Shown piece by piece: positions 50,403 through 59,727 of a DNA stretch of 63,123 bases. A model generated the notes under the pieces. The model was not told where the DNA came from and made no database searches. It worked only from the letters and a program-made list of their open reading frames with translations. A program made the position numbers and the translations under genes. Position 1 is the stretch's first letter; each line of letters begins with the position of its first letter. Source of the DNA: Acetobacteraceae bacterium (GTDB lineage Bacteria; Pseudomonadota; Alphaproteobacteria; Acetobacterales; Acetobacteraceae); the NCBI GenBank assembly GCA_035606775.1, contig DATNEJ010000019.1, forward strand, positions 1 through 63,123, written 5' to 3'.

Positions 50403-51377
50403 ATGGCTGCAGACCGGCAGACGGCCATCGGCGTATTCACGTTTGGGGGTTTGGTCCTGATTCTGGGCGCGATTATCCTGTTCGGCGATTTCCGCCTGTT
50501 CAGCAAGACCACCCGCGCCGCGATCGTATTTGAGGATTCGATCAGCGGCGTTTCCGTGGGCTCACCTGTCACATTCCGCGGTGTGCGTGTGGGCGCGGTA
50601 CAAAGCATCGCTTTGCATTTCAATCCGAAGACCCATACCGCCTACATCCCGGTGATCGTGCAGCTCGAACCGAACCGGGTCCGTATCGGAGGTGCGGGAA
50701 ATGGTCCGCGGGTGGAGCCTGATCTGTCCGCGATGGTCGCCAATGGGCTCCGCGCCGAGGTCAATATCCAAAGCTTCGTCACCGGTCAGTCGGAAATCGA
50801 CCTGGATTTCGATCCGTCAGCTCCGGCGGTGCTGCATCCCGACGTCACGCACTTGCCGGAAATTCCAACGCGGCTATCAACGATCCAGCGCGTCAAGGAA
50901 CAGCTCAGCAAGGTCCCGGTGACGGAGCTGATCGTGAACGCCAATACCGCCCTGGACAGTTTGCAGCATCTTTCTGGCAAGCTCGACGATGACCTGCCTC
51001 CTTTGATCGATAGTTTGAAGACCGTATCCGACCGATCGGCGCACACTGTCGACGTTGCGGCCAAGGCGCTCGCGGATGTGCAGGGCCGGCTCGATGAGAC
51101 GCTGACACGCGTGACGCAATTGGCTGCCACGAGCGACCGGGAGATCAGCCAGCGCAGCGCCGATCTGCACGAGCTGCTGGCCTCCACCACTGACACCGTC
51201 CGGCAAACGCAGGACATGCTGAAGGATTTACGGGGGCTGACGTCGAGCCGCGGGAATGCGCGCGTCAATCTGGAAGCCACGCTGCGTGACCTTGCCGCCG
51301 CAGCGGCCTCGCTGCGCGGCTTCGCCAATGAGGTTGAACGCAATCCACAACTTCTGCTGACGGGTCGCAAACCGTGA
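50403..51377 (+). CDS. mlaD: MCE/MlaD (PqiB-like) family protein
   Basis: N-terminal TM; F..SISGVSVGSPVTFRGVRVGAV MCE motif; GLRA....SFVTGQ; long helical tail ending ERNP..LLTG. Confidence 0.88.
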   Translation: MAADRQTAIGVFTFGGLVLILGAIILFGDFRLFSKTTRAAIVFEDSISGVSVGSPVTFRGVRVGAVQSIALHFNPKTHTAYIPVIVQLEPNRVRIGGAGNGPRVEPDLSAMVANGLRAEVNIQSFVTGQSEIDLDFDPSAPAVLHPDVTHLPEIPTRLSTIQRVKEQLSKVPVTELIVNANTALDSLQHLSGKLDDDLPPLIDSLKTVSDRSAHTVDVAAKALADVQGRLDETLTRVTQLAATSDREISQRSADLHELLASTTDTVRQTQDMLKDLRGLTSSRGNARVNLEATLRDLAAAAASLRGFANEVERNPQLLLTGRKP

Positions 51378-51967
51378 GCGCGCCTGTGACGCGACGCCGC
51401 GGACTTGCCGGCCTGGCTCTTGCCGTGGTCCTTTCGTTGCCGGCGGCATCCTGCGCGCCTCCCCCACTAGCCGTGTACACGCTGGAGCCTCCCCCGCGAG
51501 GTCACGTACCGCCGTTGACTGGCCGAACGATCGTGATCGAGGTCAGCCGTGTCGCCGTTCCCGACTATCTCGACACGCAGGACATCGTCGTTCGCAACGG
51601 CAACTCACTGCAGCGCAGCCCCCGCGGACGCTGGGCGAGCCGCTTCTCGCTGATTGCCACGCACTACGTGACAGGATTGCTCGCGGCACGGCGGCCGGGT
51701 GCGCTGGTGACCGACCAGCCGCAGGCGGAAACACCGAACGACCGGATCCAGATTTCGATCAGCACGCTGGATGTGGCGAGCACGGGCGTTGCGACGCTGG
51801 ACGCGAACTGGACGATCGTGCCGCGGAATACGGCGCAGCCCATGACGCGCCAGCGCGGACACTTCACCGCCACCGGGCCGGCGGCAACAGACAAGGACGT
51901 GGTGGCGCTGGTTCAATCGGTATTGCAGAAGCTGTCCGCGGCAATCGATATCGGCAAGTTGCGGTAG
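51374..51967 (+). CDS. PqiC-like ABC auxiliary lipoprotein
   Basis: Lipobox AASC; V.VPDYLD...IV.R, RWA, LDANWTI; GTGA overlap with mlaD. Confidence 0.8.
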   Translation: MSAPVTRRRGLAGLALAVVLSLPAASCAPPPLAVYTLEPPPRGHVPPLTGRTIVIEVSRVAVPDYLDTQDIVVRNGNSLQRSPRGRWASRFSLIATHYVTGLLAARRPGALVTDQPQAETPNDRIQISISTLDVASTGVATLDANWTIVPRNTAQPMTRQRGHFTATGPAATDKDVVALVQSVLQKLSAAIDIGKLR

Positions 51968-52001
51968 CAGTAGGGCTTTCCGATGCTTCAACCCTGCACG
52001 C

Positions 52002-54794
52002 TCAATGCGCGTCGGCCCATGTCCTGCCGACACCGGTCTCCGCTACCAGCGACACAGAGAGCGTCGCTGCGGACTCCATTACCTCGCGAGCGAGCTCGGC
52101 CAGCGCCGTTGCCTCATCCTCCGGCGCTTCGAACAGCAGCTCATCGTGGACCTGCAGCAGCAGGCGCGACCGAAGCCCCGCGGCGGCGAGTGCCGTGGGC
52201 AGCCGCACCATCGCGCGCTTGATGATGTCCGCCGCTCCCCCCTGCAGCGGCGCATTGATCGCCTGACGTTCGGCATAGGCGCGGTGCGACGGGTTCTTGT
52301 CGGCAATGCCCGGCACCCAGCAGCGCCGGCCGAATGGGCTGGTGACATAGCCCTTTTCCCGCGCCTCCTGCTTCGCGCGCTCCATGTAGGCGCGAATGCC
52401 CGGATACCGCTCAAAATACCGGTCGATATAGATGCGCGCCTCGCCGGGAGCGATGCCAAGCTGACGCGCTAAACCGAAGCCGCTGATGCCGTAGATGATC
52501 CCGAAATTAATCGCCTTGGCACGCCGGCGAGTCAGCGGATCCATACCTTCCATCGGCACGCTGAACACTTCCGATGCGGTGCGCGCGTGAATGTCCTCGC
52601 CCCGCGCGAAGCTCTCCTTCAGCGCCGGAATATCGGCGACGTGCGCGAGCAGCCGCAGCTCGATCTGCGAATAGTCGGCGCTGACCAGCACATGGCCCGG
52701 TTCGGCGATAAAGGCCCTGCGGATGCGGCTGCCTTCCTCCGTGCGGATCGGGATGTTCTGCAGATTGGGATCGGTCGAGGAGAGCCGGCCGGTTGAGGCG
52801 ATTGCCATGGCGTAGTTGGTGTGCACCCGGCCCGTGTCCGGATTGATCTCGCCGACCAGTGCATCCGCGTAGGTGGATTTCAGTTTCTGCAACTGCCGCC
52901 ATTCCAGCACCCGCGCCGGCAGTTCGTGGCCCTGGTCGGCCAATGTCTGCAGCACGGAGGAATCGGTGCCCCAGGCGCCCGTCTTCATCCGTTTGCCGCC
53001 CGGCAGCTTCATGTCGTCGAACAACACCTCACCAAGCTGCTTGGGACTGCCCAGGTTGAACGGACGGCCGGCAAGCTGGCGGCAGTCCCGTTCCATCGCC
53101 GCCATGCGGGTCTCAAAATCCGCCGACATGCGGCTCAGGTCATCGGCATCCACCTTGATGCCGGCCCTTTCCATATCCAGCAAAATGGGAAGAAGACGTC
53201 GCTCCATCTGCTCGTAGAGCGTCAGCCCGCCATTCAGGCGCAGGCGCGGGTGCATGGTGTCCCACAGCCGCAGAATGACGTCGGCGGCTTCCGCCGCATG
53301 CATGGCCGCGCGCTCGACCGGCGCCTGGGCGAATGGCAGGCGGTTGCGCCCGGTGCCGGTGATCTCATCGCGGCTGACGGGGGAGTGGCCGAGGTGCAGC
53401 CGCGACAGCTCGTCCAGGCCGTGCCCGTGCATGCCGGCTTCCTGCGCGTAGGAGACCAGCATGGTGTCGCCGATCATGGCCGGCTGCGCGAACCCGGCAT
53501 GCGTAAGGATCAGCATGGCGGGCTTGGCATCCTGAAAAATTTTCAAAATCGCGCTGTCCGTCAGCAGCGGCGCCAGCAGCGAGACAGCATCGGCAAGCGG
53601 GATCTGGGCAACCAGGCCATCGTGTCCCAGCGGCACATAACAGGCACGCCCCGGCGCGACCGCAATGCCGAGGCCAATAAGGCGCTCGCGCATCAGATCG
53701 GGACCTTCGCCCACCACGTCGATGGCGACCCGCCCGCACGAGGTGGCGTCCGCGATCCAGGTCCGCAGCGCGGCCTCGGTTGTCACGGTCTCGTACGGAC
53801 CGAAACTGGCGGGACCAGTATCCGGTTGCGCAGCCGCGAGTTCCTGAGGGACCGCGCCGGCAGCGGCCTGGCCACCGCCAAGGCCCAGGCGGGCGATCGT
53901 GCTGCGGAAGCCCTGCCGGCTGAGCCAGGCAAGCAGAGCAGAGGGATCAGCTTGGCGCTGGACCAGATCGTCGATCGGCTGCGGCAACGGCGCGTCGGCA
54001 CGCAACTGGACCAGTTCGCGGGAGATGCGCGCCCGTTCGGCGTGCTCGATCAGCACGTCGCGGCGCTTGGACGGCTTCATGGCAGGGGCGGCCGCGAGCA
54101 CGCCTTCCAGGTCTCCATATTCGTTGATGAGCTGCGCCGCACCCTTCGGTCCGATTCCCGGCACACCTGGCACATTGTCGGTCGAATCGCCGATCAGCGC
54201 CTGCACCTCGACCATCTTCACGGGCGGCACGCCGAACTTCTCGACCACCTCGGCCGGCCCGATCGGCTTCTGCTTGATCGGGTCGAGCATTTCCACACCG
54301 GGCCTGATGAGCTGCATCAGGTCCTTGTCGGAAGAGACGATGGTGACCTGACCGCCGCGGTCGCTGGCGGCCTGCGCATAGGCGGCGATGAGGTCGTCCG
54401 CCTCCCAATCCGGCAGCTCGACAGCGGGGACGCCGAACGCCTCGGTCGCTTCGCGGACCAGGGCGAATTGCGGGATCAGCTCGTCTGGCGGCGGCGGACG
54501 GTTCGCCTTGTAGGCGTCATACAGACGGTTGCGGAAGGTTAGCCGGCCGGCGTCGAAGATCACCGCGATATGCGTGCCGACCTGTTCCCGCAGCAGCTTG
54601 GCCAGCATGTTGGTGAAGCCGAACACGGCGCTGACCGGTGTCCCATCGGGCCGCGTCATCGGCGGCAGCGCGTGGAACGCGCGGAAGATGAAGCCCGATC
54701 CGTCGATCAGCACCAAATGCAGCGGGCGTGTCTCCTCGGCCGCTGCGGGTGTGATGGGTGCTTCAGTGTCCGCTGGCGTGGCCGGCTCCTGCAT
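52002..54794 (-). CDS. polA: DNA polymerase I (3'-5' exonuclease domain apparently inactive)
   Basis: LIDGSGFIFRAFHA, EADDLI, SSDKDL, GDSTDNVPGVPGIG; TGRLSSTDPNLQNIP, ADYSQIELR, RRRAKAINFGIIYG, LLQVHDEL. Confidence 0.97.
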   Translation of the reverse strand: MQEPATPADTEAPITPAAAEETRPLHLVLIDGSGFIFRAFHALPPMTRPDGTPVSAVFGFTNMLAKLLREQVGTHIAVIFDAGRLTFRNRLYDAYKANRPPPPDELIPQFALVREATEAFGVPAVELPDWEADDLIAAYAQAASDRGGQVTIVSSDKDLMQLIRPGVEMLDPIKQKPIGPAEVVEKFGVPPVKMVEVQALIGDSTDNVPGVPGIGPKGAAQLINEYGDLEGVLAAAPAMKPSKRRDVLIEHAERARISRELVQLRADAPLPQPIDDLVQRQADPSALLAWLSRQGFRSTIARLGLGGGQAAAGAVPQELAAAQPDTGPASFGPYETVTTEAALRTWIADATSCGRVAIDVVGEGPDLMRERLIGLGIAVAPGRACYVPLGHDGLVAQIPLADAVSLLAPLLTDSAILKIFQDAKPAMLILTHAGFAQPAMIGDTMLVSYAQEAGMHGHGLDELSRLHLGHSPVSRDEITGTGRNRLPFAQAPVERAAMHAAEAADVILRLWDTMHPRLRLNGGLTLYEQMERRLLPILLDMERAGIKVDADDLSRMSADFETRMAAMERDCRQLAGRPFNLGSPKQLGEVLFDDMKLPGGKRMKTGAWGTDSSVLQTLADQGHELPARVLEWRQLQKLKSTYADALVGEINPDTGRVHTNYAMAIASTGRLSSTDPNLQNIPIRTEEGSRIRRAFIAEPGHVLVSADYSQIELRLLAHVADIPALKESFARGEDIHARTASEVFSVPMEGMDPLTRRRAKAINFGIIYGISGFGLARQLGIAPGEARIYIDRYFERYPGIRAYMERAKQEAREKGYVTSPFGRRCWVPGIADKNPSHRAYAERQAINAPLQGGAADIIKRAMVRLPTALAAAGLRSRLLLQVHDELLFEAPEDEATALAELAREVMESAATLSVSLVAETGVGRTWADAH

Positions 54795-54960
54795 CAAGGA
54801 TGTAGAGGCGCGAGCAATAAGGGCACATCACGCGCTCATTTTCGATGTAAAGGAAGACCCGCGGATGGCCGAGCGCACCGTTGCCCCCGTCGCAGGCGAC
54901 GGTGCGATCGGTGACATGGATCGTCTCGGTCGGGGTCGGAGGGGCGGCACCGTCCGGCAT
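54763..54960 (-). CDS. Zinc-finger (zf-CHCC) small protein
   Basis: VACDGGNGALGHPRVFL...CPYCSR; SD GAGGA. Confidence 0.88.
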   Translation of the reverse strand: MPDGAAPPTPTETIHVTDRTVACDGGNGALGHPRVFLYIENERVMCPYCSRLYILDAGAGHASGH

Positions 54961-55004
54961 CAGTATCCTCGGTCTGTTCGCGGAAGTCTGCCAATGATAG
55001 CGAT

Positions 55005-56036
55005 GTGGGGGATGCTTTCAACCATGCGGCCTTGCTGACCCGTCTCTTTGCCCCTTTCCTGTTCGTGCGTGGTCTGCTGATCGCCGTCGGCCTGACGATG
55101 CTGCTGAGCGGCTGTGGCGTCAGCTTCGGCGGGCCAGGCGTCCCGCCGGGCGTGGCCACACATACCTTCGTCATGCCGGATGGCACCCGCCTGCCCTATC
55201 GCGCGTGGCTGCCTGCGGGTCCGCCCACGGCCGTGGTGCTGGCCCTGCACGGGATGAACGACAGCCGCGATGCGTGGGAGTATCCGGCCGCGACATTCAC
55301 CGCTGCCGGGATCGCCCTGTTCTCTCCCGACCAGCGCGGCTTCGGCGCCACCAGCACGCGCGGCTATTGGGCAGGCGGCCAGACCATGGCGAGTGATGCG
55401 CGGGTGATGGTCCGGCTGCTGCGGGCGCGATATCCGCACGCCAAGCTGATCCTGATGGGCGAGAGCATGGGCGCTGCCGTGCTGATGCTGCTGGCGACCG
55501 ATCCCGATCCGCCGCATGTCGACGGCTATGTGTTGATCGCACCGGCGGTCTGGTCGCGCGCGGAAATGAACGTTTTCATGCGCGCCACCCTGTGGATCGC
55601 GAATGAGACGGTGCCAGGGCTGCGGCTGAGCGGCGGGGAACTGATCAGGGTGACGGCGTCGGACAACCGGGAAGCGCTGCACCGGCTGTCGACCGACCCC
55701 CTCACCCTCCATGCCACGCGGATCGATGCCATCAATGGTCTGGTCAACCTGATGGATGCCGCGTCGGTGGCGGCGGCACGGTTTCATGCGCCGGCGCTGT
55801 TCCTCTACGGCGGGCATGACGAGCTGATTCCACCAGCGGCAACGACGGCGGTCTGGCGGGCGCTGCCGGCAGGGCCGGTGTGCGCCTTCTACCCGGCGGG
55901 CTATCACCTGCTGCTGCGCGACCTGCGCCGGGTATCCCCGACCGAGGACATCATCGCCTGGATCAAGCGCCCGCACACCCCGCTGCCGTCCGGCGCCGAT
56001 CGCGCAGCCGCCGCGTGGCTGGCGAAGCAGCCCTGA
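55005..56036 (+). CDS. Alpha/beta hydrolase (lysophospholipase-like), probable lipoprotein
   Basis: LLSGC lipobox; LHGMND, DQRGFG, GESMG nucleophile elbow, GGHDELI, GYHLLLRDL. Real start may be slightly downstream. Confidence 0.88.
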   Translation: MGDAFNHAALLTRLFAPFLFVRGLLIAVGLTMLLSGCGVSFGGPGVPPGVATHTFVMPDGTRLPYRAWLPAGPPTAVVLALHGMNDSRDAWEYPAATFTAAGIALFSPDQRGFGATSTRGYWAGGQTMASDARVMVRLLRARYPHAKLILMGESMGAAVLMLLATDPDPPHVDGYVLIAPAVWSRAEMNVFMRATLWIANETVPGLRLSGGELIRVTASDNREALHRLSTDPLTLHATRIDAINGLVNLMDAASVAAARFHAPALFLYGGHDELIPPAATTAVWRALPAGPVCAFYPAGYHLLLRDLRRVSPTEDIIAWIKRPHTPLPSGADRAAAAWLAKQP

Positions 56037-56199
56037 TGCGGTCGCCGCACTGCCGTCTCTCCGGCGGCGGCACATCCAGGTCTGCCGGCTCCGCGACGCG
56101 CAGGCATCGCGTCTGCGGACAGGGCCCGCGGCAATAGCGCCAGGATTCGCCGGCTGCACCACGCCGCATTCGGCCGTCCACCGCGGCAGTGCGAACGCC

Positions 56200-56835
56200 T
56201 TAACGGCCATCCGGCACCCGCGGGGGGCTTGCCGGTTCGGCGGGGTCATTCCACGAAATCACCGTCACCTCCGGCCACAGCGCCTGGGCGCGAGCGGCTT
56301 TCCGCGCATGAGAGGCGGCGTTGTCCAGCGTACGATTCGGCCTGATCACCATCGCGAACAAATCGTCCAGGCCGAATGGTGCGATCACGTCCAGGCCATC
56401 CGCATCGGTCAGCCGGACTCCGATGGCGTGGACCACCGATGCGTACCGCAGCAACGCCTCGTCCGCGCAGGACAGCGGCAGGTAAGGGACGCCGAAACGG
56501 TCCTGGAACCACAAATGCACCCGCGCCTGATTGCGCACCTGCACCGGGCCGACACAGCCGATCGTGGCTGCGGCGACGCGCCTGATCACGGCATCCTCTG
56601 CCTCCCACGACAGGTCGTGCGCGTCGAAGTAGATCAGGTCGTAGTCCCGAATGCCGGTGCCCTGCGGCCGGCCTGTCAGTAGGTTCCAGACGGTCTGGTA
56701 CAGGCACCCGGCCACCAGCCGCCATTGCGGCAGGTGCAGCGCGCGCAGGCGCACCAGCAGCCGCATCAGCGTCGCGTCGGCACGCAGGATCGCCTGCAAC
56801 CGCTGCCGTTGCGCCTCGCCCGATGCGCCGGTCAC
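56200..56835 (-). CDS. DUF925-type nucleotidyltransferase family protein
   Basis: AGCLYQTVWN, GIRDYDLIYFD, VRNQARVHLW, APFGLDDLF; GTG 56835 after GGGA. Confidence 0.85.
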   Translation of the reverse strand: MTGASGEAQRQRLQAILRADATLMRLLVRLRALHLPQWRLVAGCLYQTVWNLLTGRPQGTGIRDYDLIYFDAHDLSWEAEDAVIRRVAAATIGCVGPVQVRNQARVHLWFQDRFGVPYLPLSCADEALLRYASVVHAIGVRLTDADGLDVIAPFGLDDLFAMVIRPNRTLDNAASHARKAARAQALWPEVTVISWNDPAEPASPPRVPDGR

Positions 56836-56858
56836 GCAAACTGTCCCATCAGGCCAGC

Positions 56859-57746
56859 CTACGGCTCGCTCCGCTGTGCGGCGAAGATCGAGCCATAGCC
56901 CTGCTGGCTCCAATCCGGCGGCACCGGGCACGGAGTCGGATCCAGATGCGCATACTTGGCCGGCTCCCCGCGCACGATCGTGCCGGTATGGCTCGTTGGG
57001 GTCGGCGCAGGCATCCAGGCGAAGGCATCCGCCGAACTGTAAACGAACAGCGCGACCGGCCGCACCCGGCCGGTGGCGTTGGCGCGGGAGCCATGCACGG
57101 TCCGGCAATGAATTGCCACGACGGCGCCGTCCGATCCGGTCAGGTCCTCGGCCGATGCGATATCCACCATCGCCATATCGGCGTCGCGGATCGATCCGGT
57201 CCAGGTGCCGCGATTGTCACGATGCACGAAGATCGGGCCCGCATGGCTGCGCGGCACACAGGTCAGCGGCCCCTGCTCGCCTGGAACGTCACCCAGGTAA
57301 ACACCCAACGTCACCAGGCTGTAATTGGTGTGCGGCCAGGCGGGAATGTCCTGGTGCCACTGCACGACCTCGCCTGTACCCGGCCATTTGTAGTTCAGCT
57401 TGCTGCTGTGGAACTTCACATCCGGCCCCAGCAAGTCAACAGCGATGTCGGTCAGCGACGAGTCGCTGGCAAACCGCCAGAAATCCTCGTGGCGGTCCAC
57501 CAGCGCACGCAGCCGCCGCACATGCGGCCGCTCCGCGCAATGCGTTGGCCCCAGATCGAATTCCTCGTTCGACGCGGTCAGCGTCCGGCTGCGCTCGACG
57601 AACGCCGCCGAGAGATCGTGCAGACGGCGTCGCCAGGTGTCCGGAATCAAGCCCTCCGCCGCGAGATAGCCGGTGGCGAAGTACCGCTCCCGCTGCGCTT
57701 GGGTCAGCAGGCGCGGCGGGTTCGACAGTACGGCGTCAGGAGTCAA
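56859..57746 (-). CDS. PhyH family 2-oxoglutarate/Fe(II) dioxygenase
   Basis: KLNYK, WHQD (HxD), GPL.CVPRSH, VHGS..N....R motifs. Confidence 0.9.
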   Translation of the reverse strand: MTPDAVLSNPPRLLTQAQRERYFATGYLAAEGLIPDTWRRRLHDLSAAFVERSRTLTASNEEFDLGPTHCAERPHVRRLRALVDRHEDFWRFASDSSLTDIAVDLLGPDVKFHSSKLNYKWPGTGEVVQWHQDIPAWPHTNYSLVTLGVYLGDVPGEQGPLTCVPRSHAGPIFVHRDNRGTWTGSIRDADMAMVDIASAEDLTGSDGAVVAIHCRTVHGSRANATGRVRPVALFVYSSADAFAWMPAPTPTSHTGTIVRGEPAKYAHLDPTPCPVPPDWSQQGYGSIFAAQRSEP

Positions 57747-57767
57747 CGGGCGGCCCCCTTCCCTTCG

Positions 57768-58289
57768 CTATTCCTGCGGATACCGCCAGGGTTTCGCCGG
57801 CTGCACCGCGCCCTCATCGATGGTCCATTGCGGCAGCGCGAGACCCTCCGCGACGTCGGAGAACACCATGCGGACCCGCGTGCCGATGCCGACCTTGCGC
57901 ACGATATCGGGCGGCGCAAGCTGGCCATCCGGTGTCGTCAGGTTGCCCACGACACGCAGCGCCTCGTGCTCCGTCGGTTTGCCTTTCTGGGTATCAAGGT
58001 CCACCAGCAGCACCATGTAGGGCGTCTTTGCCTTGAAGGCCGGCTGGATCGCATGGTGCACTTCTTCATAGGAGTGGACCTCGCCCTTGCCCTCGACCGG
58101 TGCCCAGGTCGCATCGGGGCTGCTGCACCAGGGGCAGGCCGTGGTGGGCGGATAGCGCAGCAGCGCGCACGCATTGCACTTCTGCAAGTGAAACCGATGC
58201 TCCGCGCAATAACGAAAATAGGTGACGTTCTCACCATCCAGATCATCGAGGCTGAGCGTCATGCCCAGATAGTCGCCACGAACCGGCAT
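57768..58289 (-). CDS. DUF35 zinc-ribbon/OB-fold protein
   Basis: CNAC...YPP...CPWC, G.G.VHSY..VHH, PY...LVDL, IG.RV...F. Confidence 0.88.
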   Translation of the reverse strand: MPVRGDYLGMTLSLDDLDGENVTYFRYCAEHRFHLQKCNACALLRYPPTTACPWCSSPDATWAPVEGKGEVHSYEEVHHAIQPAFKAKTPYMVLLVDLDTQKGKPTEHEALRVVGNLTTPDGQLAPPDIVRKVGIGTRVRMVFSDVAEGLALPQWTIDEGAVQPAKPWRYPQE

Positions 58290-58303
58290 GATCCTGTCTC
58301 CCC

Positions 58304-59560
58304 TCACCCGCGCCGCATGACCATGGCCGATCCGGTCATCGGATTGGCCCAGCCTAGGTTGGCGGTCACCTCGATATCCTTCACCTGGCGGCAGCCGCCT
58401 TCCCGATAGTCGTAGGTGTGCTGGCGCCTGCCGTCCGGGCCGATGGGGCAGGAATCGTCCACATCGTGGCGCAACTGGCGCACATTCTCGATCACCATGT
58501 TCATGCCGTGCGTGTAGCCCTCGCACAGATGCCCGCCCGAGGTGTTGTTGGGCCGCTTGCCGCCGAGGCGGGTGATCCCGCTGCTGACGTACTCGCCGCC
58601 CTCACCCTTCTTGCAGAAACCGTAATCCTCGAGTTGCAGCATGGAGGTGAAGGTGAACGCGTCATAGGCCCCTGTCGCGTCCACGTCCTCCGGCCCGACG
58701 CCGGCATTCGGCCATAGAATGTCCTTGGCGTAATAGCCGGCGACGCGGGAAATCGGGCCGCACTGGTAGTGCATGTCCATGCGCGGCTTGTTACAGCGCC
58801 CGACGATGCCGCGGATCAGCGCCGGCCGGTGGCGCATGTCGCGTGCGCGTTCCGCGCTGGTGATGATGATCGCGGTCGCGTTGTCGGTCTCCACGCAGCA
58901 GTCCAGCAGGTGCAGCGGCTTGCAGATGATGCGGCTGCTGAGCACATCGTCCACCGTATAGCGCTTCTTGTAGTACGCCTTGGGATTGTTGGACGCGTGT
59001 TCCGAATGCACCACCTTCACCATCGCCACCTGCTCCGGCGTAGTGCCGTAGTCATACATGTGGCGCATGAATGTCTGGCTGAACATCTGTCCCGCGCTCT
59101 GCCAGCCATAGGCTCGGCTGTGTACCGCGTCACCGGTCACAGGTGCAGCCGAACGAGCACCCGTGCCGCCGATCCGCACCTGCGAGAACCCGTTCATCGA
59201 ACGGTAGATCGCAACGCATTTGCAGAGACCGGCCTCCATGATGCCGATGGCGATGCCGATCAACGCTTCGGTGGAGGAGCCGCCGCCCAGGCAGTCCATG
59301 TAGAAGTTCAGCCGCGCGCCGATATCGCCCGCGATGAACGTGGCGGATGTGGAGTCATTCCCGGAATAATCCAGCATGCCGTCGATATCGGACGCGCGCA
59401 GGCCGGCATCGGCGATCGCATTGCGCAGCGCCCATGTGCCGAGTGCCCGGGTTGTCTTGTCGGAGCCGCGCACGTAGGTCGTTTCGCCGACGCCGACGAT
59501 GGCATATTTGTCGCGCAGGTATTTCGGCGTGGTGGCATCCGTGTCCGCTGGTAGCGGCAT
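58304..59560 (-). CDS. Thiolase-fold protein, SCP2/Ltp2-like
   Basis: AIVGVGET, AIADAGL...DIDG, PLHLLDCCVETD, YDAFT, LEDYGFC.KGEGG, NTSGGHLCEGYTHG. Confidence 0.88.
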   Translation of the reverse strand: MPLPADTDATTPKYLRDKYAIVGVGETTYVRGSDKTTRALGTWALRNAIADAGLRASDIDGMLDYSGNDSTSATFIAGDIGARLNFYMDCLGGGSSTEALIGIAIGIMEAGLCKCVAIYRSMNGFSQVRIGGTGARSAAPVTGDAVHSRAYGWQSAGQMFSQTFMRHMYDYGTTPEQVAMVKVVHSEHASNNPKAYYKKRYTVDDVLSSRIICKPLHLLDCCVETDNATAIIITSAERARDMRHRPALIRGIVGRCNKPRMDMHYQCGPISRVAGYYAKDILWPNAGVGPEDVDATGAYDAFTFTSMLQLEDYGFCKKGEGGEYVSSGITRLGGKRPNNTSGGHLCEGYTHGMNMVIENVRQLRHDVDDSCPIGPDGRRQHTYDYREGGCRQVKDIEVTANLGWANPMTGSAMVMRRG

Positions 59561-59727
59561 CGCTGCTTCCCCCCTTTTCGTGTATCCGCATGGCAGGCTG
59601 ACCCTGCGCCCGGGCGGCGTCAATGCCGGCAGCGGGACCAGCTTGGGTGGTATGTTGCGTGCCGCAACTGGTAGCGGTCCCATACCACGCCGGCGCCAAA
59701 CGGCAGATCCGCAAGTCCGGTCGTCTG

